A stretch of 62,998 nucleotides of DNA, the filler included, from Octopus bimaculoides (lineage: Eukaryota), in assembly GCF_001194135.2 (NCBI RefSeq). It is 5 parts of 5 records of this genome, joined end to end, with 100 filler letters (N's around TTAATTAATTAA, not from the genome) between each part and the next. Parts side by side here need not be neighbours in the genome. Positions count along the whole stretch, not along the records: positions 1 to 23,437 come from NC_068982.1; 4 more parts are not named here. One strand, given 5' to 3'. Under the pieces are notes generated by a model. That model was not told where the DNA came from. It saw nothing but the letters and a program-made list of their open reading frames with translations, and made no database searches. Both the position numbers and the translations under genes were made by a program. Positions 1 through 13,050 of this stretch are shown piece after piece; position 1 is the first letter of the stretch; the number at the start of each line of letters is the position of its first letter.

Positions 1-94
<94 letters not shown>

Positions 95-580
95 CGCATC
101 TGTATGTATGTGTATGAGAGAGGGGGAGAGAGAGGAGGGAGACAGACATACAAATGTGATGACATTTATTACAATAGTTAAAGTATTAGGTAGATTATTG
201 TTTTGTGTGTATGGTATGGTAATGCGTGTGCGTGCGTGCGTGTGTGTGTAAGGTTGCTGGTATTGTAGTGTGTATGCGTGCGTGCCTGTTATTGACAGTT
301 GACAGGATGAATGAATGTTGAAGGGGTTGGGTGGGGGGCGGCAAGGAAGGAAACGTGATGTGTTACCTGTATATATATGTACACACACACACACATTGTA
401 TGTGTGTATATGGAGAGAGAGAGAGAGAGAGGGTGTGTGTGTATGTTTGTAAATGTAGTGTCATATATATATATATATATGCATATATATATATATGTAT
501 GTATATATATTATATATGGCATATATTATTTATATACATATATACATACATATATGTGTGTGTGTGTGCGTGTGTGTGAT
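1..580. repeat. (CA)n, (TA)n, (TG)n and (GA)n microsatellite cluster
   Basis: Read directly from the sequence. Confidence 0.9.
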
Positions 581-621
581 TATAATCTCTCTCTCTCTAA
601 CATTCATTGGGCTGCATGTAT

Positions 622-671
622 TTGCAGCCTGAAGATGCCTTAGCTAGCCGAAACTTCGAAGTTACTGTCAA
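622..671 (+). ncRNA. Possible degenerate Penelope-type hammerhead
   Basis: TTGCAG-C-CTGAAGA-T-GCCTTAGCTAGCC-GAAA-CTTCGAAGG-TTA-CTGTCAA. The core motifs are correctly ordered but the stems are imperfect. Confidence 0.3.
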
Positions 672-1143
672 TAATACTATTGTTTAAGAAAACAGAAGTA
701 TAGAGTAACCCATCAGGTTCATTCAACGAAAAATTCTTGAAGGTGGTGCCCCAGTATGGCCGCACTCTAGTGACTGAAACAAAAGATGTATATNNNNNNN
801 NNNNNNNNNNNNNNNNNNNNNNNNNNNNNNNNNNNNNNNNNNNNNNNNNNNNNNNNNNNNNNNNNNNNNNNNNNNNNNNNNNNNNNNNNNNNNNNNNNNN
901 NNNNNNNNNNNNNNNNNNNNNNNNNNNNNNNNNNNNNNNNNNNNNNNNNNNNNNNNNNNNNNNNNNNNNNNNNNNNNNNNNNNNNNNNNNNNNNNNNNNN
1001 NNNNNNNNNNNNNNNNNNNNNNNNNNNNNNNNNNNNNNNNNNNNNNNNNNNNNATTGGGTGGGGGGAAGGGTGTGCAGAGAAGGAGTGGAACCTCTACAG
1101 ACGATGGTGAAGCAGATCAATGAGGCAGAAACAGCACCTACAT

Positions 1144-1412
1144 CAGTGATTCTGAACCAGGGTTCATATGACCCTTGGCGGGGGGGGGGGGTCCTTAAAA
1201 GATTTTGCCATTGAAATTTATCTGCAATAGACTTCTTATACTTCTAACAATACACAAAATATTTCAACGATTCTTTTAATACAATTTCTAATAATTTTTA
1301 ATTATAGAAATATAAAAGGAATTTTTAAAACCTCAAATGGTTATTAGGGTCCAGTAGGGTAAAAATAGGAACCAAAGGGGTCCATATGTAAACAGTGGTT
1401 GAGAACCAACTG
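1144..1412 (+). mobile_element. hAT (Charlie-like) MITE
   Basis: Termini CAGTGATTCTGAACC and GGTTGAGAACCAACTG. The 8-bp flanks ACCTACAT and CCCTACAG match at 6 of 8 positions. Confidence 0.7.
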
Positions 1413-1744
1413 CCCTACAGTTTTTAAAATTGGAAATAATACACTGGACGATGAAGTCTTAGATATACAAAAAGAAGTGATGGCCATGGTTAGAACACAT
1501 TTGGTGATAGATATGTTCATCTCAATCAGGACTGACCTATAATTAAACAACAACAACAACAATGCTAGTTAATTTGTTGATGTAGGAGAGATGAAGGACA
1601 ATGTTGACCACAGCAAGATTTGAACTCAGAACCCTAAATTGATGCAACAAGACAATGTACAAGTGGAAGTCACTTAGTGCCACGCTCAACAATTCATAGC
1701 ACTCCACTCCACATTTTGTGCCACTGCACTTGACATTTCATCAA

Positions 1745-2111
1745 CAGGTGCTTGCGTAGTAGACTTAAAATCAGATGGTCCGAACACATAAGCAATATGG
1801 AGCTATGGCAAAGAACGAATCAAGTTTTGATTAGAGAGCAAATATTTAAGAAAAAGTGGAAGTGGATTGGTAGCACAATTAGAAAGGACACACCAAATGC
1901 AGCGAAAAGTGCTTTACAGTGGAATCCGGATGGATATAGAAAGAGGGGTAGGCCTAAGAACTCGTGGCGTAGATCAACACAAAAGGAACTAGAGAAAGGG
2001 GGACATTCATAGCAGAGTATAAGTACAGAAGCGAAAAATTATGCAACATGGAATTCAATTATAAGAGGCCTATACTCCGCGTTGGAGGGTTAAAGGCAAG
2101 AAAGAAGAAAA
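1745..2111 (+). mobile_element. 5'-truncated RTE-clade LINE 3' end with 19-bp target site duplication
   Basis: Translates to LKIRWSEHISNMELWQRTNQ...KWKWIGSTIRK...ALQWNPDGYRKRGRPKNSWRR, the typical RTE C-terminus. There is an in-frame TAG at 2010-2012 and a terminal stop at 2091-2093, then a short GAA/A tail. GCACTTGACATTTCATCAA flanks it at 1726-1744 and 2112-2130. Confidence 0.9.
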
Positions 2112-2737
2112 GCACTTGACATTTCATCAAACCACCATGGGACTGCAAACTCCATGATAACCTGGTGATATGCTATCCTTGATTCTAAAACCCTTATTCA
2201 ACAAAGCATTTATCTAACAGAGGGGTTAAGAGCTTTTTTCTGTATCAGGGGGTGAATTACAAATGCACTAAAATTCATTTCTTTTCTTTCTCTTGAATCA
2301 GTTATTAAACGGCAGCCATCCTGGGGCACTGCCTTGAAGAACATTTGTCGGATGAATCCACCCTGGTATTTGGTTTTTATAAGGGTGGCACTTATTCTAT
2401 TAGTCTCTTTTGTTGTTGTACATACATAGAGTGATGAGGTAAGGTTGATAAAAGAGATATAAAGGGGTTTGTGTTAACGATCATGGAGGTTTGTAAGTGG
2501 GTGTTATTCGTGGAGGGGGTGGATTTAGATTTATGAAAGAATTTAAAAGTGCGGAAGAATTTGTGCTTACACATAGTGAAGGCTCCATAACGATGAGTGT
2601 CTCAGCTATAACCTTGGAGCCCTAGTAATCCTTTACAGCACTTACCTAGCGAACCTAATCATTTAGACCACCTGTGAACTAAACCCCAATATTTTATATT
2701 TTGCATGCCTTCTCCCTCTTGAATTTTTTTTTTTAAT

Positions 2738-3072
2738 GTCTTGCAAGGTACTTGGTGACCTTGTCAGTGCAGGTGCCACTTCAAGGCACCCAGTCCACAC
2801 TGTAAAGTGGTTGATGTTAGGAAGAGCATCCAGCCGTAAAAGCCTTGCCAAAACTGACCTCACCTGTGCTTGTTCCACGTAAAAAGCACTAAGTCCACTC
2901 TGCTGAGTGGTTGGTGTTAGGAAGGGCATCCAACTGTAAAAACCCTGCTAAAACAGTCACAGAAGTCTGGTGCAGGCTTCTACCTGGCTGGCTCTTGTGA
3001 AACCATCCCACCGATGCTAGCATTGAAAGTGGACATTAAACGACGATGATGATGATGACGACAATGATGATG
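2738..3072 (+). mobile_element. Repeat family 2 (SINE-like element with (GAT)n tail)
   Basis: GTGGTTGGTGTTAGGAAGGGCATCCA is duplicated internally, and the element ends GGACATTAAACGACGATGATGATG. Related copies lie at about 3790-4062 (+), 9058-9290 (-), 30713-31030 (+), 35455-35780 (+), 40385-40800 and 57100-57290 (+). Confidence 0.75.
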
Positions 3073-3739
3073 ATATGACAATATGACAGGGTTCTTTCAG
3101 TTCTCATCTACCAAATTCACTCACAGGATTGGTCGGTCGAAGGTGCCATGCAGTGGAACTGAACTCAGAACCATTTGGTTGAGAAGCAAGCATCTTACCA
3201 CACAGCCACCCCTGTGCCTATATGCAATTAAAAATAACAAATCCTTAATTTCACACATTCATAAATAGGTAACGTTAAATTACTGTTTTAGTTTCAAAGG
3301 GTTAAAAGTTTTCTCTTCTTTGTTTTCATTATCATTGGTTTAAAATCCACTTCTCTATGTTTCCACAGATGCAGTTTATTGTAGAGGGTTTTGTATAGCT
3401 GGATGCTCTCGTTGTCTCCAACTCTTACCTGTTTCCAAGCAAGATAATATTTCTCCATGGACAAACATGTTTTTCACAGAACATAGGAGATGAATGACAC
3501 AGCAGCGACACACATTTACAACTTATCATACAATGTCAAGAGAAGGAGTTACAAACACTCCCTCACATTCACATACATACACACATACAGGCATGTACAC
3601 ACATACACAAACACGCACACATATACATATATATATATATGTGTGTATATGTGTGTTGTGTGTGTATAAAAAAAAAACTCAATGACTCGGAAGGTGATGC
3701 TCCAGCATGATCTCAGCTTCTGGCGAAAACCAGTTAAAG

Positions 3740-3789
<50 letters not shown>

Positions 3790-4191
3790 ATTGCCATGCT
3801 GCTGGACTGGCAATGTAAAAAGCACCATTTTGAGTGTGGCCGATGCCAGTACTGCCCGACTGGCCCTCATGCCTGTGACATGTAAAAGCACCCAGTTCAC
3901 TCTCAGAGTGGTTGGCATTAGGAAGGGCATCCAGCTGTAGAAACTTTGCAAGATTAGATTGGAGCCTGGTGCAGCCATCTGGCTTACCAGTCCCCAGTCA
4001 AACAGTCCAACCCATGCCAGCATGGAAAGCGGACATTAAACGACGACGACAATGATGATGATATATACACACACATATATATATATACACATATATACAT
4101 ACACACACATATATATATATATACATACATATGTATTTTTTTATTCTTTTGTTTCAGTTATTTGACTGTGGCCATGCTGGAGCACTGCCTT

Positions 4192-4229
<38 letters not shown>

Positions 4230-4495
4230 ATGGGTTTCTCTAAAATGGATTGCGTATATCAAATCTACAAATCTCCTCCAAGCAAGTTGTTGGCCCCAAT
4301 GTGGCAGTACAGCGGTGGTGTCGTTGTGGCGCTAGCGTGGATGGTATGATGGTGCTGCATTGGTGATGGTAGTGGCAGCGGTGGCGGTGGTGGTGGTGTT
4401 GCTGCACCATCAAGCCTATACATAGCTAACATACCACAGTTTGCAACAGCAGTGTTAACAACCCAGTCAGCAGTCTGGGTGGATTACTGGGTAGG

Positions 4496-4537
<42 letters not shown>

Positions 4538-5037
4538 CACGCGTGACTTTGTGGTAAGATGGATGTGAATTTCTGTGTATGTGTGTGCGTGTGCATGTGT
4601 CAATGACTTGCTAAACATCTGTGTATGTATAGGTAGTTGCCTGGTTGTGTGTGTGTGTGTGTGTGTTGGAGTGGAAGAGAGTACTTAGTTTGGGTGTAGG
4701 TGAGATGGTTTTNNNNNNNNNNNNNNNNNNNNNNNNNNNNNNNNNNNNNNNNNNNNNNNNNNNNNNNNNNNNNNNNNNNNNNNNNNNNNNNNNNNNNNNN
4801 NNNNNNNNNNNNNNNNNNNNNNNNNNNNNNNNNNNNNNNNNNNNNNNNNNNNNNNNNNNNNNNNNNNNNNNNNNNNNNNNNNNNNNNNNNNNNNNNNNNN
4901 NNNNNNNNNNNNNNNNNNNNNNNNNNNNNNNNNNNNNNNNNNNNNNNNNNNNNNNNNNNNNNNNNNNNNNNNNNNNNNNNNNNNNNNNNNNNNNNNNNNN
5001 NNNNNNNNNNNNNNNNNNNNNNNNNNNNNNNNNNNNN

Positions 5038-5076
<39 letters not shown>

Positions 5077-5079
5077 CAG

Positions 5080-5315
5080 CAGGCGTGGCAAAGTGCCACG
5101 AAGATTGCTTCCCAACCACATGGTTCGGGGTTCAGTCCCACTGCATGATAACTTGGGTCAAGTATCTTCTTCTACAGCTTTGGGCCAACCAATCCCTTGT
5201 GGGTGGATATGGTACATAAAAACTGAAAGAAGCCTGTTGATGGTGTTTGTCAGCAAAAAAGGTGGTGCCCCAGCATGGCCACAGTCTTAATGACTGAAAC
5301 AAGTAAAAGATAAAA
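5080..5315 (+). mobile_element. SINE family 1, internally deleted
   Basis: Head ...CCACATGGTTCGGGGTTCAGTCCCACTG is joined to the 3' end CCCAGCATGGCCACAGTC...GAAACAAGTAAAAG. Confidence 0.75.
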
Positions 5316-5573
5316 GACAAAAGACGTATGTGTGTGTGTGTGTCTGTATAAAGTTTATAGATTAGAGACAGGTATTCTCTGTATAGAATACACTTTGTAG
5401 TGCTCAAGAGATTTAAACTTGGAGCAGGTAAAGGAGTAAATGTGAGGACAAGCAAGTTAGGCAATTCGATTTACAAAAAAATATTAAATACATTTAATGC
5501 AGAAAAAATGTACGTATGTATACATATAAAGAAAGTCTGACTTACACAGAACAGAAATGATATCAAGAATTAA

Positions 5574-5789
5574 AGGGGTTGAGTAAGAGTTTTATGAGTC
5601 CAACAGCTTTTTCTGGGGGTTTGTTGGGTCAAAATAATGCTTGTAATTTGATCCCATCATCGAATACCACCAGCCTCTGTCTTCAGGGAAGAACTATCTG
5701 ATGATGGAACCAATTTACAATTTTTTATTTTGGATCACCAAACCCCCCAGAAACAGCTGTTGGACTCATAAAATTCTTATTCAACCCCT
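5574..5789. mobile_element. Kolobok-like MITE with about 65-bp TIRs
   Basis: TTAA-AGGGGTTGAGTAAGAGTTTTATGAGTCCAACAGCT... pairs with ...AGCTGTTGGACTCATAAAATTCTTATTCAACCCCT-TTAA. TTAA lies at 5570-5573 and 5790-5793. Confidence 0.75.
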
Positions 5790-6478
5790 TTAATTCATGA
5801 GACCATTTCCATTCAGTGTAAGTTAGACTCTCTTTATATGTAAACATATATATGTTTTTTAGCATAAAAGAATAGGGATTTGCAATCTGAGCAGGTACCT
5901 TATTAGCCCTCTGATATAATCAAGACCTGGCTATCCACATCGAATTATAAGGAACATATAGAATTATTTAAGATAAACAATTACATGGTACTTTACTCCA
6001 AAGATAAACCCTGAGTTTACTTCATTAGATTTCGTAGAGCATACAGAGTATACAGTCAAGTTGTTATAATGAAGAATGGTGAATTATACATCTTCCAAAT
6101 TTGTTTATTACAATATTGTTCTCTGTGCAGCAGAAATACATGTTGGAATGGAATCTAACGAGAATTCAATGTGAATAATACTGTATTACTATGGCACTCT
6201 GTCGGTTTCAATGATGAGGGTTCCATACACATATGCAACAGGTAGAAGAGTATTAACTTGGAAAACAGCCAGCAAGTTGCAGTGCATGAATCAGTGTGAT
6301 GTGTCCTATATTCCTGCAATTAGCAAAGCAAGAATAAACCTGTTCCAAAATCTCAACCTTGGCACCAAATACTTACATGTGTTACACAGTCTCTTACATT
6401 ATTTTAATGCTTTGTATATTCTCGGTTGTGTCCTGAAATCCATTCTGTCATATGTTTAGCAATATTAAACAAACTTGA

Positions 6479-6726
6479 CCCCTTCATGCCAATCGTCCGT
6501 TTAAACTGACATTCAATTTATAAGGGTATAAAACAAATACTTGATACAAATTGGGATTTTGTGTACGATCTGTATCAAAGAATGAAACATGTTCTTAACA
6601 CGTATGCCATCTGTATCAAACGAATTTCAATGAAATTTTTTTTCCAGTTGTTATTTAGGTCAAAATGATAGTATCTGTGAATTTTCAGGCACTTTCATTC
6701 ATGAGAAAAATTTCAGCACGAATGGG
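6479..6726. mobile_element. piggyBac-like MITE
   Basis: TTGA-CCCCTTCATGC ... GCACGAATGGG-TTAA. The termini are CCC/GGG with a TTAA-type TSD, and the left TSD carries one change. Confidence 0.6.
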
Positions 6727-7029
6727 TTAAGGTGGAAATCTGGTAAAATCGTTGCCATGTCGACCAAGTTTCTAAGCAGCATTTTGTCCCACTTTTATGT
6801 TCTGAGTCCAGATGCCACCAGGGTTAACTTTTCTCCGTTCGTCCTTTTGGGGTCAATAACATAAGTACCGGTTGAGTCCTGGAGGTCGATGTAATCTTTA
6901 TTATCTTTGAATTAAAATTTTGAAAATTTCTTTAATGAGATTCCTGTTGTGAGGGAGAAGTCAAGGTTATGGAACAGCCAAAGTATGTCATTGAATGCTT
7001 CTGTGTTATTCTTCATAAGAATGTCTGGT

Positions 7030-7084
<55 letters not shown>

Positions 7085-9812
7085 NNNNNNNNNNNNNNNN
7101 NNNNNNNNNNNNNNNNNNNNNNNNNNNNNNNNNNNNNNNNNNNNNNNNNNNNNNNNNNNNNNNNNNNNNNNNNNNNNNNNNNNNNNNNNNNNNNNNNNNN
7201 NNNNNNNNNNNNNNNNNNNNNNNNNNNNNNNNNNNNNNNNNNNNNNNNAGAAGAGATAGAGAGAGGGGGGGAGAGATAGAGAGAGAGAGGGGGGAGAGAT
7301 AGAGACAAAGAGAGAGGGGGAAGAAGGTGAGAGAGAGTGTGAAGGAGGTCTCTGAAGAACTGTCTCACAGCTTGCTGACCTCTCCTCAGAGAAGACATAC
7401 TCTGCTTCCTTTCCCAAACAATAGCATAGAATATTAATCTACTACATAGGTAGGGGGGGCCTATGAAAGGGGTCTCAGGGAGTAGCGTCCCTGCCTTCCT
7501 GAGCTAGTTTTCCACCAAGTTTCTTAAAAATCGTGTTAGAGGCCTTTGTCTTGGGACCACTCATGTCTAGAGACTGAGGTTGGGGGTAAGCAAGGGCACG
7601 CTCCCCATAGAAAATCCAGCTCCAAAAAAGCCTCATGATAGCAAAGGAGAGTGGGCACCAGCCAAACCGAAGGTAGGGGTGGGCTGCACTTGCCTACCTT
7701 GGTTGCTATTGCATTGAGGTAGAGCTGGCCACCCCTGTTAACGGGGACAAAACCCGGATTTAAAACATTGGATGATGATGATGATGATGATGATATATAA
7801 CACACTTAATCAAAATCTTTATGCTGTCTTTTCCTCATTATATAATTATTAATAATTAGACAGGTTTTTTTTTTTTCTGGTGACTTCATTAACAATGTTA
7901 ACACTAGTTTAACTATAGTTTACCAAGCAGATGGCATCTCTGAGTAGTTAACATCTGTGATGTATTTTCTCATAACAAATAGATGTATGCCAGAGGCAGT
8001 GGTGGCTCGAATATAAAATTAGTTGGGGTGCTGCTTCAGAAAATTTTTAGCCGCTGTTTTAATATTGTTGTAAAAGGAAACATAAAAAGAAAATTTATAC
8101 ATAAACTTGATCGGTTCATGTTTTGGCCACTGCCAGGTAGAGTGTTTAATTTGTTCACTGAACACAAGCGTTAATGCCCCCTTGTTTTTCAAAAATCCCC
8201 CCTAAATCACAAAATAGAGGGGGGAAATGTGTCCTATTTTTCAAATCCTGGCAGCAACACTGTAGCTGGAATTAGGATAATAATCTAATTCTACACTTTA
8301 TCACATTCAAGAATATAATCACGTTTTTAAGCACAACAGAACCAGAGTCAAAAAGAAACACTACCTTTCACCCGGCACTGTATGAACGCCAGTGCTCTTT
8401 CTCCCTAACATGAAGCTTCCTATCTCAGACATGTGAGCATGCGCATAACAGCCAAACACTGCATCGCTGGAACTGTGAAGTGTACCGTTCTATACAAGGA
8501 TTTTTGTATTTTTTTCATAAACTAGGGGATGGCTACTGACATTAAGCTTAAGGATTATATAATGTACAAGTATAAAGAAAGAATTAAAGAAAAAAAGGAC
8601 TCATTATATTGAATGTTATCGATAATATCGAGTGGAAATAGGGGGCGCTGAAGTTCCGCAGTGCAGTATATATGAGCCGCCACTGGCCAGAGATAAATGT
8701 GGTTATGAAAGAGAGAAGATCGAGAGAAGACATCCCATGTCATTCTCACATTGGAAGACATCGTGAGAGAATGTAAGAAATTTGAGTTTCATTATCGAGA
8801 TTAATATTCTACAGCTAGCTTTGTTGGAATTAATCTATCCAGGAGATATGGACGGATTAACTCCTGGAGATTATGGTTATTATTTGACTAGAAATTAGTT
8901 TTGTAGATCAGAAAAAGAAAATCCTTTGTAGCTTATCTTCTCATTCTCTTATTACTTCTCTCTGACCCACCCCCACCACCCCACCACCCCACTACTACCA
9001 ACTTCATATAAATTGTGATTTGTGTATGCTGACGATGATGATGATGATGAGTACATCATCATCATCAGCATCATCTAATGCCCTTCTTCCATGCTGGCAT
9101 GGGTAGGATTGTTCGACAGGATCCAATGAACCAGAGGACTGCAGGGAGTTCCAATGTCTGCTTTGGCATGGTTCCTCATGGCTGGATGCCCTTCCTAATG
9201 CCAACCATTTCACAGAGTCTACTGGTTGCTTTATTCATGACACCAGTGCTAGTGAAGTCACCAAGCAACTCACAAAGGCACCGAGTGCCCTCAACAGAGT
9301 AGGGGTGTAGTAGTGAAAGGGGCAGCACTCAACATTAATCCAACCAATAATGGTGCCACTATGAAGTCTCTTGGACTGCTAGAAATAACAGTGAAACTTT
9401 CATCAAACAACACCCTACTGTTATAAAGAGCACCTTATACAACGTAGTTCAAGGTAAACGGTTTTCCTCTTTTACATGTTTCAGTTATTGGGGCACCACT
9501 TTGAAGGGTTTAATCAACTCCAGGACTTGTGGGGTCGATTTGTACAACTAAAGGCGGTGCTCCAGCATGGCCGCAGTCAAACAAATGAAACTAGTAAAAG
9601 AGTAACAAGGGTTGTAACATCAGTAAGACAAGGATACTATCTATGGGGGGGGGGGGAGAGATGAAGATAGCAATATACAAGTTCAGTTGTACTATACCTG
9701 TGTGTGTATGTGTGTGTCATTCAGTGCTTATTTCACAAAATAATACGTATTTGTGGGAGTGGACAGGTTGACTGACTCAAACTTCCTAATTATAACGCTG
9801 CTGCTGCTGCAG

Positions 9813-9866
<54 letters not shown>

Positions 9867-10911
9867 TTACTATGACCACCACCACTTGAGATTAACACTG
9901 TAAACTAAAGGTTGATATTCTCACACCTACTCTTGTGTGTCTACTTGGTGATTATCAAATCGCAACATCAGCAAGTACAGAGGAAAATCTATGCCTTGTT
10001 GAGGAGGTTTAATAAGACTCAAACATGACTGGAGTTACTTCCCTCTTCTACTACTTTACAATTATTTTTATACATCATTTTGATGCTCCCTAAATCAAAC
10101 ATGTTTACAGTCACCACATAACCAATATTTCCTTGTGTGATTCACAACATCAAACTACAAACTAATCCATCTTATGCATGCTCAATGACTCTGTTCAAGC
10201 ATCACCAACAACCTGTCTAAGCTGGTTGATTGCAGATTGGTCAAAGGTGGACCCACAGTCAAGTGAATAGCTCTGGCTATTGGCACCAAAATGGAATTTG
10301 AGCCCAGAATGTGAAGAGCAGCCAAAGGGAGGGGCCAGGAATCTTGTCCTTTGCTCAAGTAATGACACCAGCCAACCACTCTGAGCTGATTTTTTAAAAT
10401 ACTGACTTTGAAAGGGTGGAAGGCAAACTTGACCTGATCAGGATTTGAACTCAGATTGCTGAAATCTGGTTATAAACAGTGGGGAATTTAATCTTAGGTT
10501 GTTTTGTTTACTGAAAAATAAATCATTCTGACAGAGAGCCAGAACCAATGAATACACAATTGAAAATGTGTGGATACAGAGTTAGGTGTGTGTGTGTGTG
10601 TGATGTACTTTACTGTCTTAAATAAAGGAGATATAGACAATATGAAATACAAATTAATGGGAAAACTATGGCTTTGTTCCATCACCTATCAAACACACAC
10701 AAAAACACACACACTCACACAGAGGGGTCGATATGATTGACTAATCTCTCAAAGGAATCTTAGCAAGGTTCAATGATTGAAACTAATAAAGGAATATACA
10801 TATACATATAAGTGTATACACATAGATACACATGTATGTTCGCATATATATGTACGCATATATATATACATACATATATATGTGTATATCTATCTATCTA
10901 TATGTATATAC

Positions 10912-10953
<42 letters not shown>

Positions 10954-10974
10954 ATCTATCTATCTATCTATCTA

Positions 10975-11018
<44 letters not shown>

Positions 11019-11797
11019 GTGAAAGTGGGTGTGGCAGTACACCTGATCTCTGCAGCCCTGTCCACCTGGACAGTCAGGGTCTGATGTCGCTGACATTCAG
11101 CCTGCATTTCTGAAGAAAAGGGGGCAAAGGAGATTTATTGTCGTTACACAATACTGAGATCAGTCAATGGGGAAAGAAAATTAATGAAGCAACAGTAATT
11201 TCTCTCTAATTAAATGAAACTGCTTAAGTCCATGCTTAGCTGTTAGTTTACATAAGCCGTCCGTTAACTAGAAATGAGCACCGTGGGAGATCTTGTATTG
11301 CTTCTACCCCCCCCCCTTTTAACCTCCCCCTCTTGTAAGTTAAATTGTAAATACTGTCGTTAATACAATAAGATTATTTAACTTAACCTTGTACTAAACA
11401 ATATGAGTTAATGTTCGCCCTGAAACCTGCTTTTTAAACCGTGGGAAACTCAATTTTGCTGTCTTTGTTTTCAAAATATAATTCACCGAGAAGAACTTTG
11501 AAGAGGATCTCAGCTAAACCCAAATCTTTGACTAATGGTGACGTGTTGGGTGAGGTTTGTTAAAGCTATTGATTAGAGAGGAAGAGGTGCAGTGGACAAG
11601 GTAGGGTTTATATATGTAGGGTTAGCAGGCCGTGAAAACAGAGCTGAGGGAGGGGGCTCTGGCCAAGATGTTATAATGTTTTTGACACTGTCAAATTTTT
11701 TGTGAGGTGCCTCGTAAATGAAGTAGCCCAGGGCCTCACTTCATCTAAACCTAGCATTACTAACAGATTACCTAATATGAGACACGCATTTTATTTT

Positions 11798-12187
11798 AGG
11801 AGTGGCTGTGTGGTAAGTAGCTTGCTTACCAACCACATGGTTCCGGGTTCATTCCCACTGCGTGGCATCTTGGGCAAGTGTCTTCTACTATAGCCTCGGG
11901 CCGACCAAAGCCTTGTGAGTGGATTTGGTAGACGGAAACTGAAAGAAGCCCGTCGTATATATGTATATATATATGTGTGTTTGTGTGTCTGTGTTTGCCC
12001 CCCCCCCCAACATCGCTTGACAACTGATGCTGGTGTGTTTACGTCCCCGTAACTTAGCGGTTCAGCAAAAAGAGACCGATAGAATAAGTACTAGGCTTAC
12101 AAAGAATAAGTCCTGGGGTCGATTTGCTCGACTAAAGGCGATGCTCCAGCATGGCCGCAGTCAAATGACTGAAACAAGTAAAAGAGT
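11798..12187 (+). mobile_element. tRNA-derived SINE family 1, full-length, CpG-intact copy
   Basis: Head GAGTGGCTGTGTGGTAAG...GGGTTCATTCCC, central (TA)n(TG)n, and 3' end GCATGGCCGCAGTCAAATGACTGAAACAAGTAAAAGAG. More than 20 copies or fragments occur in the window. Confidence 0.9.
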
Positions 12188-12231
12188 AGAAGAGTAATAC
12201 AACACACACACACACACACACACATTTTTCA

Positions 12232-12604
12232 TCTTTTATTTGTTTCAGTCGTTAGACTGTGGCCATGCTGGGGCACTGCCTTGAAGTATTTTAGTCAAAT
12301 GAATCAACCGCAGCACTTTTTTTTTTTAAAGTCTGGTACTTTATTCTATCAATTTCTTTCACTGAAACATTAAGTTACAGGATGTAAACAAACCAACACT
12401 GGTTGTAAAGCAGTGGCGGGGGACAAACACAAACACAAAGACACACACACACATACATACATACATACATACATACATACACGTATATGGGTTTCTTTCA
12501 GTTTCCATAAACCAAATCCACTAACAAGGCTTTAGTTTGGCCCAGAGGCTATGGTAGAAAACACTTTCCCAAGGTGCCACACAGTGGTTGGGAAGCAAAC
12601 TTCT
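12232..12604 (-). mobile_element. SINE family 1, diverged copy, tail-to-tail with 11798-12187
   Basis: Reverse complement of the family 1 3' end, body and part of the head. Confidence 0.8.
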
Positions 12605-12920
12605 ACAAAAATAAATTCCAAAACATGAATATATATTTTCTATTTAATTGGCAGAAATTAAAAAGTGAATCAAGGGCCAAAGGATTCCCATATTTGCCAA
12701 AGCACGAAACTCACTACGCTTGCGTTGCTTTGTAACTTCTGCTGCACAGTCTCTGTGATGATCAACCAGCCAGAAATAGCAACCAAAATCTCCCTTAAAT
12801 TACACCCTGCAGAGTTAATTACACCCTGCATCGACCACTTTTGGATGGTGCTTTTTATGTGCCACCGGCACGGGAGCCAGTCAGGCGGCACTGGCATCGG
12901 CCACAACTACAATTTCCATT

Positions 12921-13032
12921 AAGTGCTTGAGGAGACCCATTGAGTCAAGTTAAATCAAATCATGATCAAATGGAAATTTCCATTTGATCATGTTTTGATT
13001 TTACTTGACTCAATGGGTCTCCTCAAGCACTT
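12921..13032. repeat. 112-bp zero-loop palindrome
   Basis: Arms 12921-12976 and 12977-13032 pair at 54 of 56 positions, with T:T mismatches at 12951/13002 and 12960/12993. Confidence 0.95.
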
Positions 13033-13050
13033 TTTAAATGGACTGCTTAC

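Noticed and set aside
5698-5750. CTGATGA inside the Kolobok-like MITE
   Set aside because: No GAAA follows the putative stem II (the sequence reads CCAAAC), and there is no stem I.
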